Part shown: piece after piece, positions 36,601 through 51,600 of the stretch | Numbering within the stretch: the first letter of the stretch is position 1 | Layout of the letters: each line of letters opens with the position of its first letter | NCBI GenBank assembly: GCA_964016885.1 | Contig: OZ024742.1 | Location: 129,518,001 to 129,582,000 of the forward strand | Direction: 5' to 3' | DNA length: 64,000 nt | Origin: Eledone cirrhosa | Taxonomy: Eukaryota | Position numbers and translations under genes: made by a program | The notes under the pieces: model-generated | What the model was told of the DNA's origin: nothing | Seen by the model: the letters and a program-made list of their open reading frames with translations, nothing else | Database searches by the model: none

Positions 36601-39600
36601 CCCCTCTTCTTATGTCCAAAGACATTCTATTTGTGACTGTTCTATCTCTCTTTCTTTCATTGCCCCCCCCCCTTCTTATGTCCAAACACATTCTATTTGT
36701 GACTGTTCTATCTCTCTTTCTTTCATTGCCTCCCCTCTTCTTATGTCCAAACACATTCTATTTGTGACTGTTCTATCTCTCTTTCTTTCATTGCCCCCCC
36801 CCCTTCTTATGTCCAAACACATTCTATTTGTGACTGTTCTATCTCTCTTTCTTTCATTGCCTCCCCGCCTTCTTATGTCCAAAGACATTCTATTTGTGAC
36901 TGTTCTATCTCTCTTTCTTTCATTGCCTCCCCGCCTTCTCATGTCCAAACACATTCTATTTGTGACTGTTCTATCTCTCTTTCTTTCATTGCCCCCCCCC
37001 CCCTTCTTACGTCCAAAGACATTCTATTTGTGACTGTTCTATCTCTCTTTCTTTCATTGCCCCCCCCCCCCCCTTCTTACGTCCAAAGACCATTCTATTT
37101 GTGACTGTTCTATCTCTCTTTCTTTTCATTGCCCCCCCCCCTTCTTATGTCCAAACACATTCTATTTGTGACTGTTCTATCTCTCTTTCTTTCATTGCCC
37201 CCCCCCCTTCTTATGTCCAAAGACATTCTATTTGTGACTGTTCTATCTCTCTTTCTTTCATTGCCTCCCCTCTTCTTATGTCCAAAGACATTCTATTTGT
37301 GACTGTTCTATCTCTCTTCTTTCATTGCCCCCCCCCTTCTTATGTCCAAACACATTCTATTTGTGACTGTTCTATCTCTCTTTCTTTCATTGCCTCCCCG
37401 CCTTCTTATGTCCAAAGACATTCTATTTGTGACTGTTCTATCTCTCTTTCTTTCATTGCCTCCCCGCCTTCTCATGTCCAAACACATTCTATTTGTGACT
37501 GTTCTATCTCTCTTTCTTTCATTGCCCCCCCCCCCCCTTCTTACGTCCAAAGACATTCTATTTGTGACTGTTCTATCTCTCTTTCTTTCATTGCCTCCCC
37601 TCTTCTTTATGTCCAAAGACATTCTATTTGTGACTGTTCTATCTCTCTTTCTTTCATTGCCTCCCCGCCTTCTTATGTCCAAAGACATTCTATTTGTGAC
37701 TGTTCTATCTCTCTTTCTTTCATTGCCTCCCCGCCTTCTCATGTCCAAACACATTCTATTTGTGACTGTTCTATCTCTCTTTCTTTCATTGCCCCCCCCC
37801 CCTTCTTACGTCCAAAGACATTCTATTTGTGACTGTTCTATCTCTCTTTCTTTCATTGCCCCCCCCCCCCCCTTCTTATGTCCAAAGACATTCTATTTGT
37901 GACTGTTCTATCTCTCTTTCTTTCATTGCCTCCCCGCCTTCTTATGTCCAAAGACATTCTATTTGTGACTGTTCTATCTCTCTTTCTTTCATTGCCTCCC
38001 CGCCTTCTTATGTCCAAACACATTCTATTTGTGACTGTTCTATCTCTCTTTCTTTCATTGCCCCCCCCCTTCTTATGTCAAAAGACATTCTATTTGAGAC
38101 TGTTCTATCTCTCTTTCTGTCATTGCCCCCCCCCCTTCTCATGTCCAAACACATTCTATTTGTGACTGTTCTATCTCTCTTTCTTTCATTGCCCCCCCCC
38201 TTCTTATGTCCAAAGACATTCTATTTGTGACTGTTCTATCTCTCTTTCTTTCATTGCCTCCCCGCCTTCTTATGTCCAAAGACATTCTATTTGTGACTGT
38301 TCTATCTCTCTTTCTTTCATTGCCTCCCCGCCTTCTCATGTCCAAACACATTCTATTTGTGACTGTTCTATCTCTCTTTCTTTCATTGCCCCCCCCCCCC
38401 TTCTTATGTCCAAAGACATTCTATTTGTGACTGTTCTATCTCTCTTTCTTTCATTGCCTCCCCGCCTTCTTATGTCCAAAGACATTCTATTTGTGACTGT
38501 TCTCTCTCTCTTTCTTTCATTGCCTCCCCGCCTTCTTATGTCCAAACACATTCTATTTGTGACTGTTCTATCTCTCTTTCTTTCATTGCCCCCCCCCCCC
38601 TTCTTATGTCCAAAGACATTCTATTTGTGACTGTTCTATCTCTCTTTCTTTCATTGCCCCCCCCCCTTCTTATGTCCAAAAACATTCTATTTGTGACTGT
38701 TCTATCTCTCTTTCTTTCATTGCCTCCCCGCCTTCTTATGTCCAAAGACATTCTATTTGTGACTGTTCTCTCTCTCTTTCTTTCATTGCCTCCCCGCCTC
38801 CTCATGTCCAAACACATTCTATTTGTGACTGTTCTATCTCTCTTTCTTTCATTGCCTCCCCGCCTTCTTATGTCCAAAGACATTCTATTTGTGACTGTTC
38901 TATCTCTCTTTCTTTCATTGCCTCCCCGCCTTCTTATGTCCAAAGACATTCTATTTGTGACTGTTCTCTCTCTCTTTCTTTCATTGCCTCCCCGCCTTCT
39001 CATGTCCAAACACATTCTATTTGTGACTGTTCTATCTCTCTTTCTTTCATTGCCCCCCCGCCCCCTTCTTATGTCCAAAGACATTCTATTTGTGACTGTT
39101 CTATCTCTCTTTCTTTCATTGCCTCCCCGCCTTCTCATGTCCAAACACATTCTATTTGTGACTGTTCTATTTCTCTTTCTTTCGTTGCCCCCCCCCCTTC
39201 TTATGTCCAAAGACATTCTATTTGTGACTGTTCTATCTCTCTTTCTTTCATTGCCCCCCCCCCCTTCTCATGTCCAAAGACATTCTATTTGTGACTGTTC
39301 TATCTCTCTTTCTTTCATTGCCTCCCCGCCTTCTCATGTCCAAACACATTCTATTTGTGACTGTTCTATTTCTCTTTCTTTCGTTGCCCCCCCCCCTTCT
39401 TATGTCCAAAGACATTCTATTTGTGACTGTTCTATCTCTCTTTCTTTCATTGCCCCCCCCTTCTCATGTCCAAAGACATTCTATTTGTGACTGTTCTATC
39501 TCTCTTTCTTTTATTGCCTCCCCGCCTTCTTATGTCCAAAGACATTCTATTTGTGACTGTTCTATCTCTCTTTCTTTCATTGCCTCCCCGCCTTCTCATG

Positions 39601-42600
39601 TCCAAACACATTCTATTTGTGACTGTTCTATCTCTCTTTCTCTCATTGCCTCCCCGCCTTCTCATGTCCAAACACATTCTATTTGTGACTGTTCTATCTC
39701 TCTTTCTTTCATTGCCCCCCCCCCCCTTCTTATGTCCAAAACATTCTATTTGTGACTGTTCTATCTCTCTTTCTTTCATTGCCTCCCCTCTTCTTATGTC
39801 CAAACACATTCTATTTGTGACTGTTCTATCTCTCTTTCTTTCATTGCCTCCCCCCCCCTTCTTATGTCCAAAGACATTCTATTTGTGACTGTTCTACCTC
39901 TCTTTCTTTCATTGCCCCCCCCCTTCTTATGTCCAAAGACATTCTATTTGTGACTGTTCTATCTCTCTTTCTTTCATTTCCTCCCCCCTTCTTATGTCCA
40001 AAGACATTCTATTTGTGACTGTTCTATCTCTCTTTCTTTCATTGCCCCCCCCCCCCTTCTTATGTCCAAAGACATTCTATTTGTGACTGTTCTATCTCTC
40101 TTTCTTTCATTGCCTCCCCCCCTTCTTATGTCCAAAGACATTCTATTTGTGAATGTTCTATCTCTCTTTCTTTCATTGCCCCCCCCCCCTTCTTATGTCC
40201 AAAGACATTCTATTTGTGACTGTTCTATCTCTCTTTCTTTCATTGCCTCCCCTCTTCTTATGTCCAAACACATTCTATTTGTGAATGTTCTATCTCTCTT
40301 TCTTTCATTGCCCCCCCCCCCTTCTTATGTCCAAAGACATTCTATTTGTGACTGTTCTACCTCTCTTTCTTTCATTGCCCCCCCCCCCCTTCTTATGTCC
40401 AAAGACATTCTATTTGTGACTGTTCTATCTCTCTTTCTTTCATTTCCTCCCCCCCTTCTTATGTCCAAAGACATTCTATTTGTGACTGTTCTATCTCTCT
40501 TTCTTTCATTGCCCCCCCCCCTTCTTATGTCCAAAGACATTCTATTTGTGACTGTTCTATCTCTCTTTCTTTCATTGCCTCCCCCCCTTCTTATGTCCAA
40601 AGACATTCTATTTGTGACTGTTCTATCTCTCTTTCTTTCATTGCCTCCCCGCCTTCTTATGTCCAAAGACATTCTATTTGTGACTGTTCTATCTCTCTTT
40701 CTTTCATTGCCTCCCCGCCTTCTCATGTCCAAAGACATTCTATTTGTGACTGTTCTATCTCTCTTTCTTTCATTGCCTCCCCGCCTTCTTATGTCCAAAC
40801 ACATTCTATTTGTGACTGTTCTATCTCTCTTTCTTTCATTGCCTCCCCGCCTTCTCATGTCCAAACACATTCTATTTGTGACTGTTCTATCTCTCTTTCT
40901 TGCATTGCCCCCCCCCCCCCTTCTTATGTCCAAAGACATTCTATTTGTGACTGTTCTATCTCTCTTTCTTTCATTGCCTCCCCGCCTTCTCATGTCCAAA
41001 CACATTCTATTTGTGACTGTTCTATCTCTCTTTCTTTCATTGCCCCCCCCCCCTTCTTATGTCCAAAGACATTCTATTTGTGACTGTTCTATCTCTCTTT
41101 CTTTCATTTCCTCCCCCCCTTCTTATGTCCAAAGACATTCTATTTGTGACTGTTCTATCTCTCTTTCTTTCATTGCCTCCCCCCCTTCTTATGTCCAAAG
41201 ACATTCTATTTGTGACTGTTCTATCTCTCTTTCTTTCATTGCCTCCCCGCCTTCTTATGTCCAAAGACATTCTATTTGTGACTGTTCTATCTCTCTTTCT
41301 TTCATTGCCTCCCCGCCTTCTCATGTCCAAATACATTCTATTTGTGACTGTTCTATCTCTCTTTCTTGCATTGCCCCCCCCCCCCTTCTTATGTCCAAAG
41401 ACATTCTATTTGTGACTGTTCTATCTCTCTTTCTTTCATTGCCTCCCCCGCCTTCTCATGTCCAAACACATTCTATTTGTGACTGTTCTATCTCTCTTTC
41501 TTTCATTGCCCCCCCCCCCCCGCCTTCTTATATCCAAAGACATTCTATTTGTGACTGTTCTATCTCTCTTTCTTTCATTGCCCCCCCCCCCCCGCCTTCT
41601 CATGTCCAAACACATTTTATTTGTGACTGTTCTATCTCTCTTTCTTTCATTGCCCCCCCCCCCTTCTTATGTCCAAAGACATTCTATTTGTGACTGTTCT
41701 ATCTCTCTTTCTTTCATTGCCCCCCCCCCCTTCTTATGTCCAAAGACATTCTATTTGTGACTGTTCTATCTCTCTTTCTTTCATTGCCCCCCCCCTTCTC
41801 ATGTCCAAACACATTCTATTTGTGACTGTTCTATCTCTCTTTCTTTCATTGCCCCCCCCCTTCTCATGTCCAAACACATTCTATTTGTGACTGTTCTATC
41901 TCTCTTTCTTTCATTGCCCCCCCCCTTCTCATGTCCAAACACATTCTATTTGTGACTGTTCTATCTCTCTTTCTTTCATTGCCTCCCCGCCTTCTTATGT
42001 CCAAAGACATTCTATTTGTGACTGTTCTATCTCTCTTTCTTTCATTGCCTCCCCGCCTTCTCATGTCCAAATACATTCTATTTGTGACTGTTCTATCTCT
42101 CTTTCTTGCATTGCCCCCCCCCCCCCTTCTTATGTCCAAAGACATTCTATTTGTGACTGTTCTATCTCTCTTTCTTTCATTGCCTCCCCGCCTTCTCATG
42201 TCCAAACACATTCTATTTGTGACTGTTCTATCTCTCTTTCTTTCATTGCCCCCCCCCCCCCGCCTTCTTATATCCAAAGACATTCTATTTGTGACTGTTC
42301 TATCTCTCTTTCTTTCATTGCCCCCCCCCCCCGCCTTCTCATGTCCAAACACATTTTATTTGTGACTGTTCTATCTCTCTTTCTTTCATTGCCCCCCCCC
42401 TTCTCATGTCCAAACACATTCTATTTGTGACTGTTCTATCTCTCTTTCTTTCATTGCCCCCCCCCCTTCTCATGTCCAAACACATTCTATTTGTGACTGT
42501 TCTATCTCTCTTTCTTTCATTGCCCCCCCCCCTTCTCATGTCCAAACACATTCTATTTGTGACTGTTCTATCTCTCTTTCTTTCATTGCCTCCCCTCTTC

Positions 42601-45600
42601 TTATGTCCAAACACATTCTATTTGTGACTGTTCTATCTCTCTTTCTTTCATTGCCTCCCCGCCTTCTCATGTCCAAACACATTCTATTTGTGACTGTTCT
42701 ATCTCTCTTTCTTTCATTGCCCCCCCCCCCTTCTTATGTCCAAAGACATTCTATTTGTGACTGTTCTATCTCTCTTTCTTTCATTGCCTCCCCCCCTTCT
42801 TATGTCCAAAGACATTCTATTTGTGACTGTTCTATCTCTCTTTCTTTCATTGCCTCCCCGCCTTCTTATGTCCAAAGACATTCTATTTGTGACTGTTCTA
42901 TCTCTCTTTCTTTCATTGCCTCCCCCCCTTCTTATGTCCAAAGACATTCTATTTGTGACTGTTCTATCTCTCTTTCTTTCATTGCCTCCCCGCCTTCTTA
43001 TGTCCAAAGACATTCTATTTGTGACTGTTCTATCTCTCTTTCTTTCATTGCCTCCCCCCCTTCTTATGTCCAAAGACATTCTATTTGTGACTGTTCTATC
43101 TCTCTTTCTTTCATTGCCTCCCCGCCTTCTTATGTCCAAACACATTCTATTTGTGACTGTTCTATCTCTCTTTCTTTCATTTCCTCCCCCCCTTCTTATG
43201 TCCAAAGACATTCTATTTGTGACTGTTCTATCTCTCTTTCTTTCATTGCCCCCCCCCCCTTCTTATGTCCAAAGACATTCTATTTGTGACTGTTCTATCT
43301 CTCTTTCTTTCATTGCCTCCCCCCCTTCTTATGTCCAAAGACATTCTATTTGTGACTGTTCTATCTCTCTTTCTTTCATTGCCTCCCCGCCTTCTTATGT
43401 CCAAAGACATTCTATTTGTGACTGTTCTATCTCTCTTTCTTTCATTGCCTCCCCGCCTTCTCATGTCCAAACACATTCTATTTGTGACTGTTCTATCTCT
43501 CTTTCTTGCATTGCCCCCCCCCCCCCCCTTCTTATGTCCAAAGACATTCTATTTGTGACTGTTCTATCTCTCTTTCTTTCATTGCATCCCCGCCTTCTCA
43601 TGTCCAAACACATTCTATTTGTGACTGTTCTATCTCTCTTTCTTTCATTGCCCCCCCCCCGCCTTCTTATATCCAAAGACATTCTATTTGTGACTGTTCT
43701 ATCTCTCTTTCTTTCATTGCCCCCCCCCGCCTTCTCATGTCCAAACACATTTTATTTGTGACTGTTCTATCTCTCTTTCTTTCATTGCCCCCCCCCTTCT
43801 TATGTCCAAACACATTCTATTTGTGACTGTTCTATCTCTCTTTCTTTCATTGCCCCCCCCCTTCTTATGTCCAAAGACATTCTATTTGTGACTGTTCTAT
43901 CTCTCTTTCTTTCATTGCCCCCCCCCCTTCTCATGTCCAAACACATTCTATTTGTGACTGTTCTATCTCTCTTTCTTTCATTGCCCCCCCCCTTCTCATG
44001 TCCAAACACATTCTATTTGTGACTGTTCTATCTCTCTTTCTTTCATTGCCCCCCCCCCTTCTCATGTCCAAACACATTCTATTTGTGACTGTTCTATCTC
44101 TCTTTCTTTCATTGCCTCCCCGCCTTCTCATGTCCAAACACATTCTATTTGTGACTGTTCTATCTCTCTTTCTTTCATTGCCTCCCCTCTTCTTATGTCC
44201 AAACACATTCTATTTGTGACTGTTCTATCTCTCTTTCTTTCATTGCCCCCCCCCTTCTCATGTCCAAACACATTCTATTTGTGACTGTTCTATCTCTCTT
44301 TCTTTCATTGCCCCCCCCCCCTTCTCATGTCCAAACACATTCTATTTGTGACTGTTCTATCTCTCTTTCTTTCATTGCCTCCCCGCCTTCTCATGTCCAA
44401 ACACATTCTATTTGTGACTGTTCTATCTCTCTTTCTTTCATTGCCTCCCCTCTTCTTATGTCCAAACACATTCTATTTGTGACTGTTCTATCTCTCTTTC
44501 TTTCATTGCCTCCCCGCCTTCTTATGTCCAAACACATTCTATTTGTGAATGTTCTATCTCTCTTTCTTTCATTGCCCCCCCCCCCCTTCTTATGTCCAAA
44601 GACATTCTATTTGTGACTGTTCTATCTCTCTTTCTTTCATTGCCCCCCCCCCTTCTTATGTCCAAAGACATTCTATTTGTGACTGTTCTATCTCTCTTTC
44701 TTTCATTTCCTCCCCCCCCTTCTTATGTCCAAAGACATTCTATTTGTGACTGTTCTATCTCTCTTTCTGTCATTGCCCCCCCCCCTTCTTATGTCCAAAG
44801 ACATTCTATTTGTGACTGTTCTATCTCTCTTTCTTTCATTGCCTCCCCCCCTTCTTATGTCCAAAGACATTCTATTTGTGACTGTTCTATCTCTCTTTCT
44901 TTCATTGCCTCCCCGCCTTCTTATGTCCAAAGACATTCTATTTGTGACTGTTCTATCTCTCTTTCTTTCATTGCCTCCCCCCCCTTCTTATGTCCAAAGA
45001 CATTCTATTTGTGACTGTTCTATCTCTCTTTCTTTCATTGCCTCCCCGCCTTCTTATGTCCAAACACATTCTATTTGTGACTGTTCTATCTCTCTTTCTT
45101 TCATTTCCTCCCCCCCTTCTTATGTCCAAAGACATTCTATTTGTGACTGTTCTATCTCTCTTTCTTTCATTGCCCCCCCCCCCTTCTTATGTCCAAAGAC
45201 ATTCTATTTGTGACTGTTCTATCTCTCTTTCTTTCATTGCCTCCCCCCCTTCTTATGTCCAAAGACATTCTATTTGTGACTGTTCTATCTCTCTTTCTTT
45301 CATTGCCTCCCCGCCTTCTTATGTCCAAAGACATTCTATTTGTGACTGTTCTATCTCTCTTTCTTTCATTGCCTCCCCGCCTTCTCATGTCCAAACACAT
45401 TCTATTTGTGACTGTTCTATCTCTCTTTCTTGCATTGCCCCCCCCCCCTTCTTATGTCCAAAGACATTCTATTTGTGACTGTTCTATCTCTCTTTCTTTC
45501 ATTGCCTCCCCGCCTTCTCATGTCCAAACACATTCTATTTGTGACTGTTCTATCTCTCTTTCTTTCATTGCCCCCCCCCCCCCGCCTTCTTATATCCAAA

Positions 45601-48600
45601 GACATTCTATTTGTGACTGTTCTATCTCTCTTTCTTTCATTGCCCCCCCCCCCCCCCGCCTTCTCATGTCCAAACACATTTTATTTGTGACTGTTCTATC
45701 TCTCTTTCTTTCATTGCCCCCCCCCCCTTCTTATGTCCAAACACATTCTATTTGTGACTGTTCTATCTCTCTTTCTTTCATTGCCCCCCCCCTTCTTATG
45801 TCCAAAGACATTCTATTTGTGACTGTTCTATCTCTCTTTCTTTCATTGCCCCCCCCCTTCTCATGTCCAAACACATTCTATTTGTGACTGTTCTATCTCT
45901 CTTTCTTTCATTGCCCCCCCCCTTCTCATGTCCAAACACATTCTATTTGTGACTGTTCTATCTCTCTTTCTTTCATTGCCCCCCCCCTTCTCATGTCCAA
46001 ACACATTCTATTTGTGACTGTTCTATCTCTCTTTCTTTCATTGCCTCCCCGCCTTCTCATGTCCAAACACATTCTATTTGTGACTGTTCTATCTCTCTTT
46101 CTTTCATTGCCTCCCCTCTTCTTATGTCCAAACACATTCTATTTGTGACTGTTCTATCTCTCTTTCTTTCATTGCCCCCCCCCCTTCTCATGTCCAAACA
46201 CATTCTATTTGTGACTGTTCTATCTCTCTTTCTTTCATTGCCCCCCCCCCCCCCCTTCTCATGTCCAAACACATTCTATTTGTGACTGTTCTATCTCTCT
46301 TTCTTTCATTGCCTCCCCGCCTTCTCATGTCCAAACACATTCTATTTGTGACTGTTCTATCTCTCTTTCTTTCATTGCCTCCCCTCTTCTTATGTCCAAA
46401 CACATTCTATTTGTGACTGTTCTATCTCTCTTTCTTTCATTGCCTCCCCGCCTTCTTATGTCCAAACACATTCTATTTGTGAATGTTCTATCTCTCTTTC
46501 TTTCATTGCCCCCCCCCCTTCTTATGTCCAAAGACATTCTATTTGTGACTGTTCTATCTCTCTTTCTTTCATTGCCCCCCCCCCCCTTCTTATGTCCAAA
46601 GACATTCTATTTGTGACTGTTCTATCTCTCTTTCTTTCATTTCCTCCCCCCCCTTCTTATGTCCAAAGACATTCTATTTGTGACTGTTCTATCTCTCTTT
46701 CTGTCATTGCCCCCCCCCCTTCTCATGTCCAAACACATTCTATTTGTGACTGTTCTATCTCTCTTTCTTTCATTGCCCCCCCCCCCCCCTTCTTATGTCC
46801 AAAGACATTCTATTTGTGACTGTTCTATCTCTCTTTCTTTCATTGCCTCCCCGCCTTCTTATGTCCAAAGACATTCTATTTGTGACTGTTCTATCTCTCT
46901 TTCTTTCATTGCCTCCCCGCCTTCTTATGTCCAAAGACATTCTATTTGTGACTGTTCTATCTCTCTTTCTTTCATTGCCTCCCCGCCTTCTCATGTCCAA
47001 ACACATTCTATTTGTGACTGTTCTATCTCTCTTTCTTTCATTGCCTCCCCGCCTTCTTATGTCCAAAGACATTCTATTTGTGACTGTTCTATCTCTCTTT
47101 CTTTCATTGCCCCCCCCCCCCACCTTCTTATGTCCAAAAACATTCTATTTGTGACTGTTCTATCTCCCTTTCTTTCATTGCCTCCCCGCCTTCTCATGTC
47201 CAAACACATTCTATTTGTGACTGTTCTATCTCTCTTTCTTTCATTGCCCCCCCCCCCTTCTTATGTCCAAAGACATTCTATTTGTGACTGTTCTATCTCT
47301 CTTTCTATCATTGCCTCCCCGCCTTCTCATGTCCAAACACATTCTATTTGTGACTGTTCTATCTCTCTTTCTTGCATTGCCCCCCCCCTTCTTATGTCCA
47401 AAGACATTCTATTTGTGACTGTTCTATCTCTCTTTCTTTCATTGCCTCCCCGCCTTCTCATGTCCAAACACATTTTATTTGTGACTGTTCTATCTCTCTT
47501 TCTTTCATTGCCCCCCCCCCCCTTCTTATGTCCAAACACATTCTATTTGTGACTGTTCTATCTCTCTTTCTTTCATTGCCTCCCCTCTTCTTATGTCCAA
47601 ACACATTCTATTTGTGACTGTTCTATCTCTCTTTCTTTCATTGCCTCCCCTCTTCTTATGTCCAAACACATTCTATTTGTGAATGTTCTATCTCTCTTTC
47701 TTTCATTGCCCCCCCCCCCCTTCTTATGTCCAAAGACATTCTATTTGTGACTGTTCTATCTCTCTTTCTTTCATTGCCTCCCCGCCTTCTTATGTCCAAA
47801 CACATTCTATTTGTGACTGTTCTATCTCTCTTTCTTTCATTGCCTCCCCTCTTCTTATGTCCAAACACATTCTATTTGTGACTGTTCTATCTCTCTTTCT
47901 TTCATTGCCTCCCCGCCTTCTTATGTCCAAAGACATTCTATTTGTGACTGTTCTATCTCTCTTTCTTTCATTGCCCCCCCCCCTTCTTATGTCCAAAGAC
48001 ATTCTATTTGTGACTGTTCTATCTCTCTTTCTTTCATTGCCCCCCCCCCTTCTTATGTCCAAACACATTCTATTTGTGACTGTTCTATCTCTCTTTCTTT
48101 CATTGCCTCCCCGCCTTCTCATGTCCAAAGACATTCTATTTGTGACTGTTCTATCTCTCTTTCTTTCATTGCCTCCCCGCCTTCTTATGTCCAAAGACAT
48201 TCTATTTGTGACTGTTCTATCTCTCTTTCTTTCATTGCCTCCCCGCCTTCTTATGTCCAAAGACATTCTATTTGTGACTGTTCTATCTCTCTTTCTTTCA
48301 TTGCCTCCCCCCTTCTTATGTCCAAAGACATTCTATTTGTGACTGTTCTATCTCTCTTTCTTTCATTGCCTCCCCGCCTTCTCATGTCCAAACACATTCT
48401 ATTTGTGACTGTTCTATCTCTCTTTCTTTCATTGCCCCCCCCCCCCCTTCTTGTGTCCAAAGACATTCTATTTGTGACTGTTCTATCTCTCTTCCTTTCA
48501 TTGCCCCCCCCCCTTCTTATGTCCAAAGACATTCTATTTGTGACTGTTCTATCTCTCTTTCTTTCATTGCCTCCCCGCCTTCTTATGTCCAAAGACATTC

Positions 48601-51600
48601 TATTTGTGACTGTTCTATCTCTCTTTCTTTCATTGCCTCCCCGCCTTCTCATGTCCAAACACATTCTATTTGTGACTGTTCTATCTCTCTTTCTTTCATT
48701 GCCTCCCCGCCTTCTTATGTCCAAAGACATTCTATTTGTGACTGTTCTATCTCTCTTTCTTTCATTGCCTCCCCGCCTTCTCATGTCCAAACACATTCTA
48801 TTTGTGACTGTTCTATCTCTCTTTCTTTCATTGCCTCCCCGCCTTCTTATGTCCAAAGACATTCTATTTGTGACTGTTCTATCTCTCTTTCTTTCATTGC
48901 CTCCCCGCCTTCTCATGTCCAAACACATTCTATTTGTGACTGTTCTATCTCTCTTTCTTTCATTGCCCCCCCCCCCCTTCTTATGTCCAAAGACATTCTA
49001 TTTGTGACTGTTCTATCCTCTTTCTTTCATTGCCTCCCCGCCTTCTTATGTCCAAACACATTCTATTTGTGACTGTTCTATCTCTCTTTCTTTCATTGCC
49101 TCCCTGCCTTCTTATGTCCAAAGACATTCTATTTGTGACTGTTCTATCTCTCTTTCTTTCATTGCCTCCCCGCCTTCTTATGTCCAAACACATTCTATTT
49201 GTGACTGTTCTATCTCTCTTTCTCTCATTGCCTCCCCGCCTTCTCATGTCCAAACACATTCTATTTGTGACTGTTCTATCTCTCTTTCTTTCATTGCCCC
49301 CCCCCCTTCTTATGTCCAAAACATTCTATTTGTGACTGTTCTATCTCTCTTTCTTTCATTGCCTCCCCTCTTCTTATGTCCAAACACATTCTATTTGTGA
49401 CTGTTCTATCTCTCTTTCTTTCATTGCCCCCCCCCCCTTCTTATGTCCAAAACATTCTATTTGTGACTGTTCTATCTCTCTTTCTTTCATTGCCTCCCCT
49501 CTTCTTATGTCCAAAGACATTCTATTTGTGACTGTTCTATCTCTCTTTCTTTCATTGCCCCCCCCCTTCTTATGTCCAAAACATTCTATTTGTGACTGTT
49601 CTATCTCTCTTTCTTTCATTGCCCCCCCCCCTTCTTATGTCCAAAACATTCTATTTGTGACTGTTCTATCTCTCTTTCTTTCATTGCCCCCCCCCCTTCT
49701 TATGTCCAAAGACATTCTATTTGTGACTGTTCTATCTCTCTTTCTTTCATTGCCCCCCCCCCTTCTTATGTCCAAAGACATTCTATTTGTGACTGTTCTA
49801 TCTCTCTTTCTTTCATTGCCTCCCCGCCTTCTTATGTCCAAAGACATTCTATTTGTGACTGTTCTATCTCTCTTTCTTTCATTGCCTCCCCGCCTTCTCA
49901 TGTCCAAACACATTCTATTTGTGAATGTTCTATCTCTCTTTCTTTCATTGCCCCCCCCCCCCCCTTCTTATGTCCAAAGACATTCTATTTGTGACTGTTC
50001 TATCTCTCTTTCTTTCATTGCCTCCCCGCCTTCTTATGTCCAAAGACATTCTATTTGTGACTGTTCTCTCTCTCTTTCTTTCATTGCCTCCCCGCCTTCT
50101 CATGTCCAAAGACATTCTATTTGTGACTGTTCTATCTCTCTTTCTTTCATTGCCTCCCCGCCTTCTCATGTCCAAACACATTCTATTTGTGACTGTTCTA
50201 TCTCTCTTTCTTTCATTGCCCCCCCCCCCCTTCTTATGTCCAAAGACATTCTATTTGTGACTGTTCTATCTCTCTTTCTTTCATTGCCTCCCCGCCTTCT
50301 CATGTCCAAACACATTCTATTTGTGACTGTTCTATTTCTCTTTCTTTCGCTGCCCCCCCCCCTTCTTATGTCCAAAGACATTCTATTTGTGACTGTTCTA
50401 TCTCTCTTTCTTTCATTGCCTCCCCTCTTCTTATGTCCAAACACATTCTATTTGTGAATGTTCTATCTCTCTTTCTTTCATTGCCCCCCCCCCTTCTTAT
50501 GTCCAAAGACATTCTATTTGTGACTGTTCTATCTCTCTTTCTTTCATTGCCTCCCCGCCTTCTTATGTCCAAAGACATTCTATTTGTGACTGTTCTATCT
50601 CTCTTTCTTTCATTGCCTCCCCTCTTCTTATGTCCAAACACATTCTATTTGTGAATGTTCTATCTCTCTTTCTTTCATTGCCCCCCCCCCTTCTTATGTC
50701 CAAAGACATTCTATTTGTGACTGTTCTATCTCTCTTTCTTTCATTGCCTCCCCGCCTTCTTATGTCCAAAGACATTCTATTTGTGACTGTTCTATCTCTC
50801 TTTCTTTCATTGCCCCCCCCCCTTCTTATGTCCAAAGACATTCTATTTGTGACTGTTCTATCTCTCTTTCTTTCATTTCCTCCTCCCCTTCTTATGTCCA
50901 AAGACATTCTATTCGTGACTGTTCTATCTCTCTTTCTTTCATTGCCCCCCCCCCCCCTTCTTATGTCCAAAGACATTCTATTTGTGACTGTTCTATCTCT
51001 CTTTCTTTCATTGCCTCCCCGCCTTCTTATGTCCAAAGACATTCTATTTGTGACTGTTCTATCTCTCTTTCTTTCATTGCCTCCCCGCCTTCTTATGTCC
51101 AAAGACATTCTATTTGTGACTGTTCTATCTCTCTTTCTTTCATTGCCTCCCCGCCTTCTTATGTCCAAAGACATTCTATTTGTGACTGTTCTATCTCTCT
51201 TTCTTTCATTGCCTCCCCGCCTTCTCATGTCCAAACACATTCTATTTGTGACTGTTCTATCTCTCTTTCTTTCATTGCCTCCCCGCCTTCTTATGTCCAA
51301 AGACATTCTATTTGTGACTGTTCTATCTCTCTTTCTTTCATTGCCTCCCCGCCTTCTTATGTCCAAACACATTCTATTTGTGACTGTTCTATCTCTCTTT
51401 CTTTCATTGCCCCCCCCCCTTCTTATGTCCAAAGACATTCTATTTGTAACTGTTCTATCTCTCTTTCTGTCATTGCCCCCCCCCCCCCCCTTCTCATGTC
51501 CAAACACATTCTATTTGTGACTGTTCTATCTCTCTTTCTTTCATTGCCCTCCCCCCTTCTTATGTCCAAACACATTCTATTTGTGACTGTTCTATCTCTC

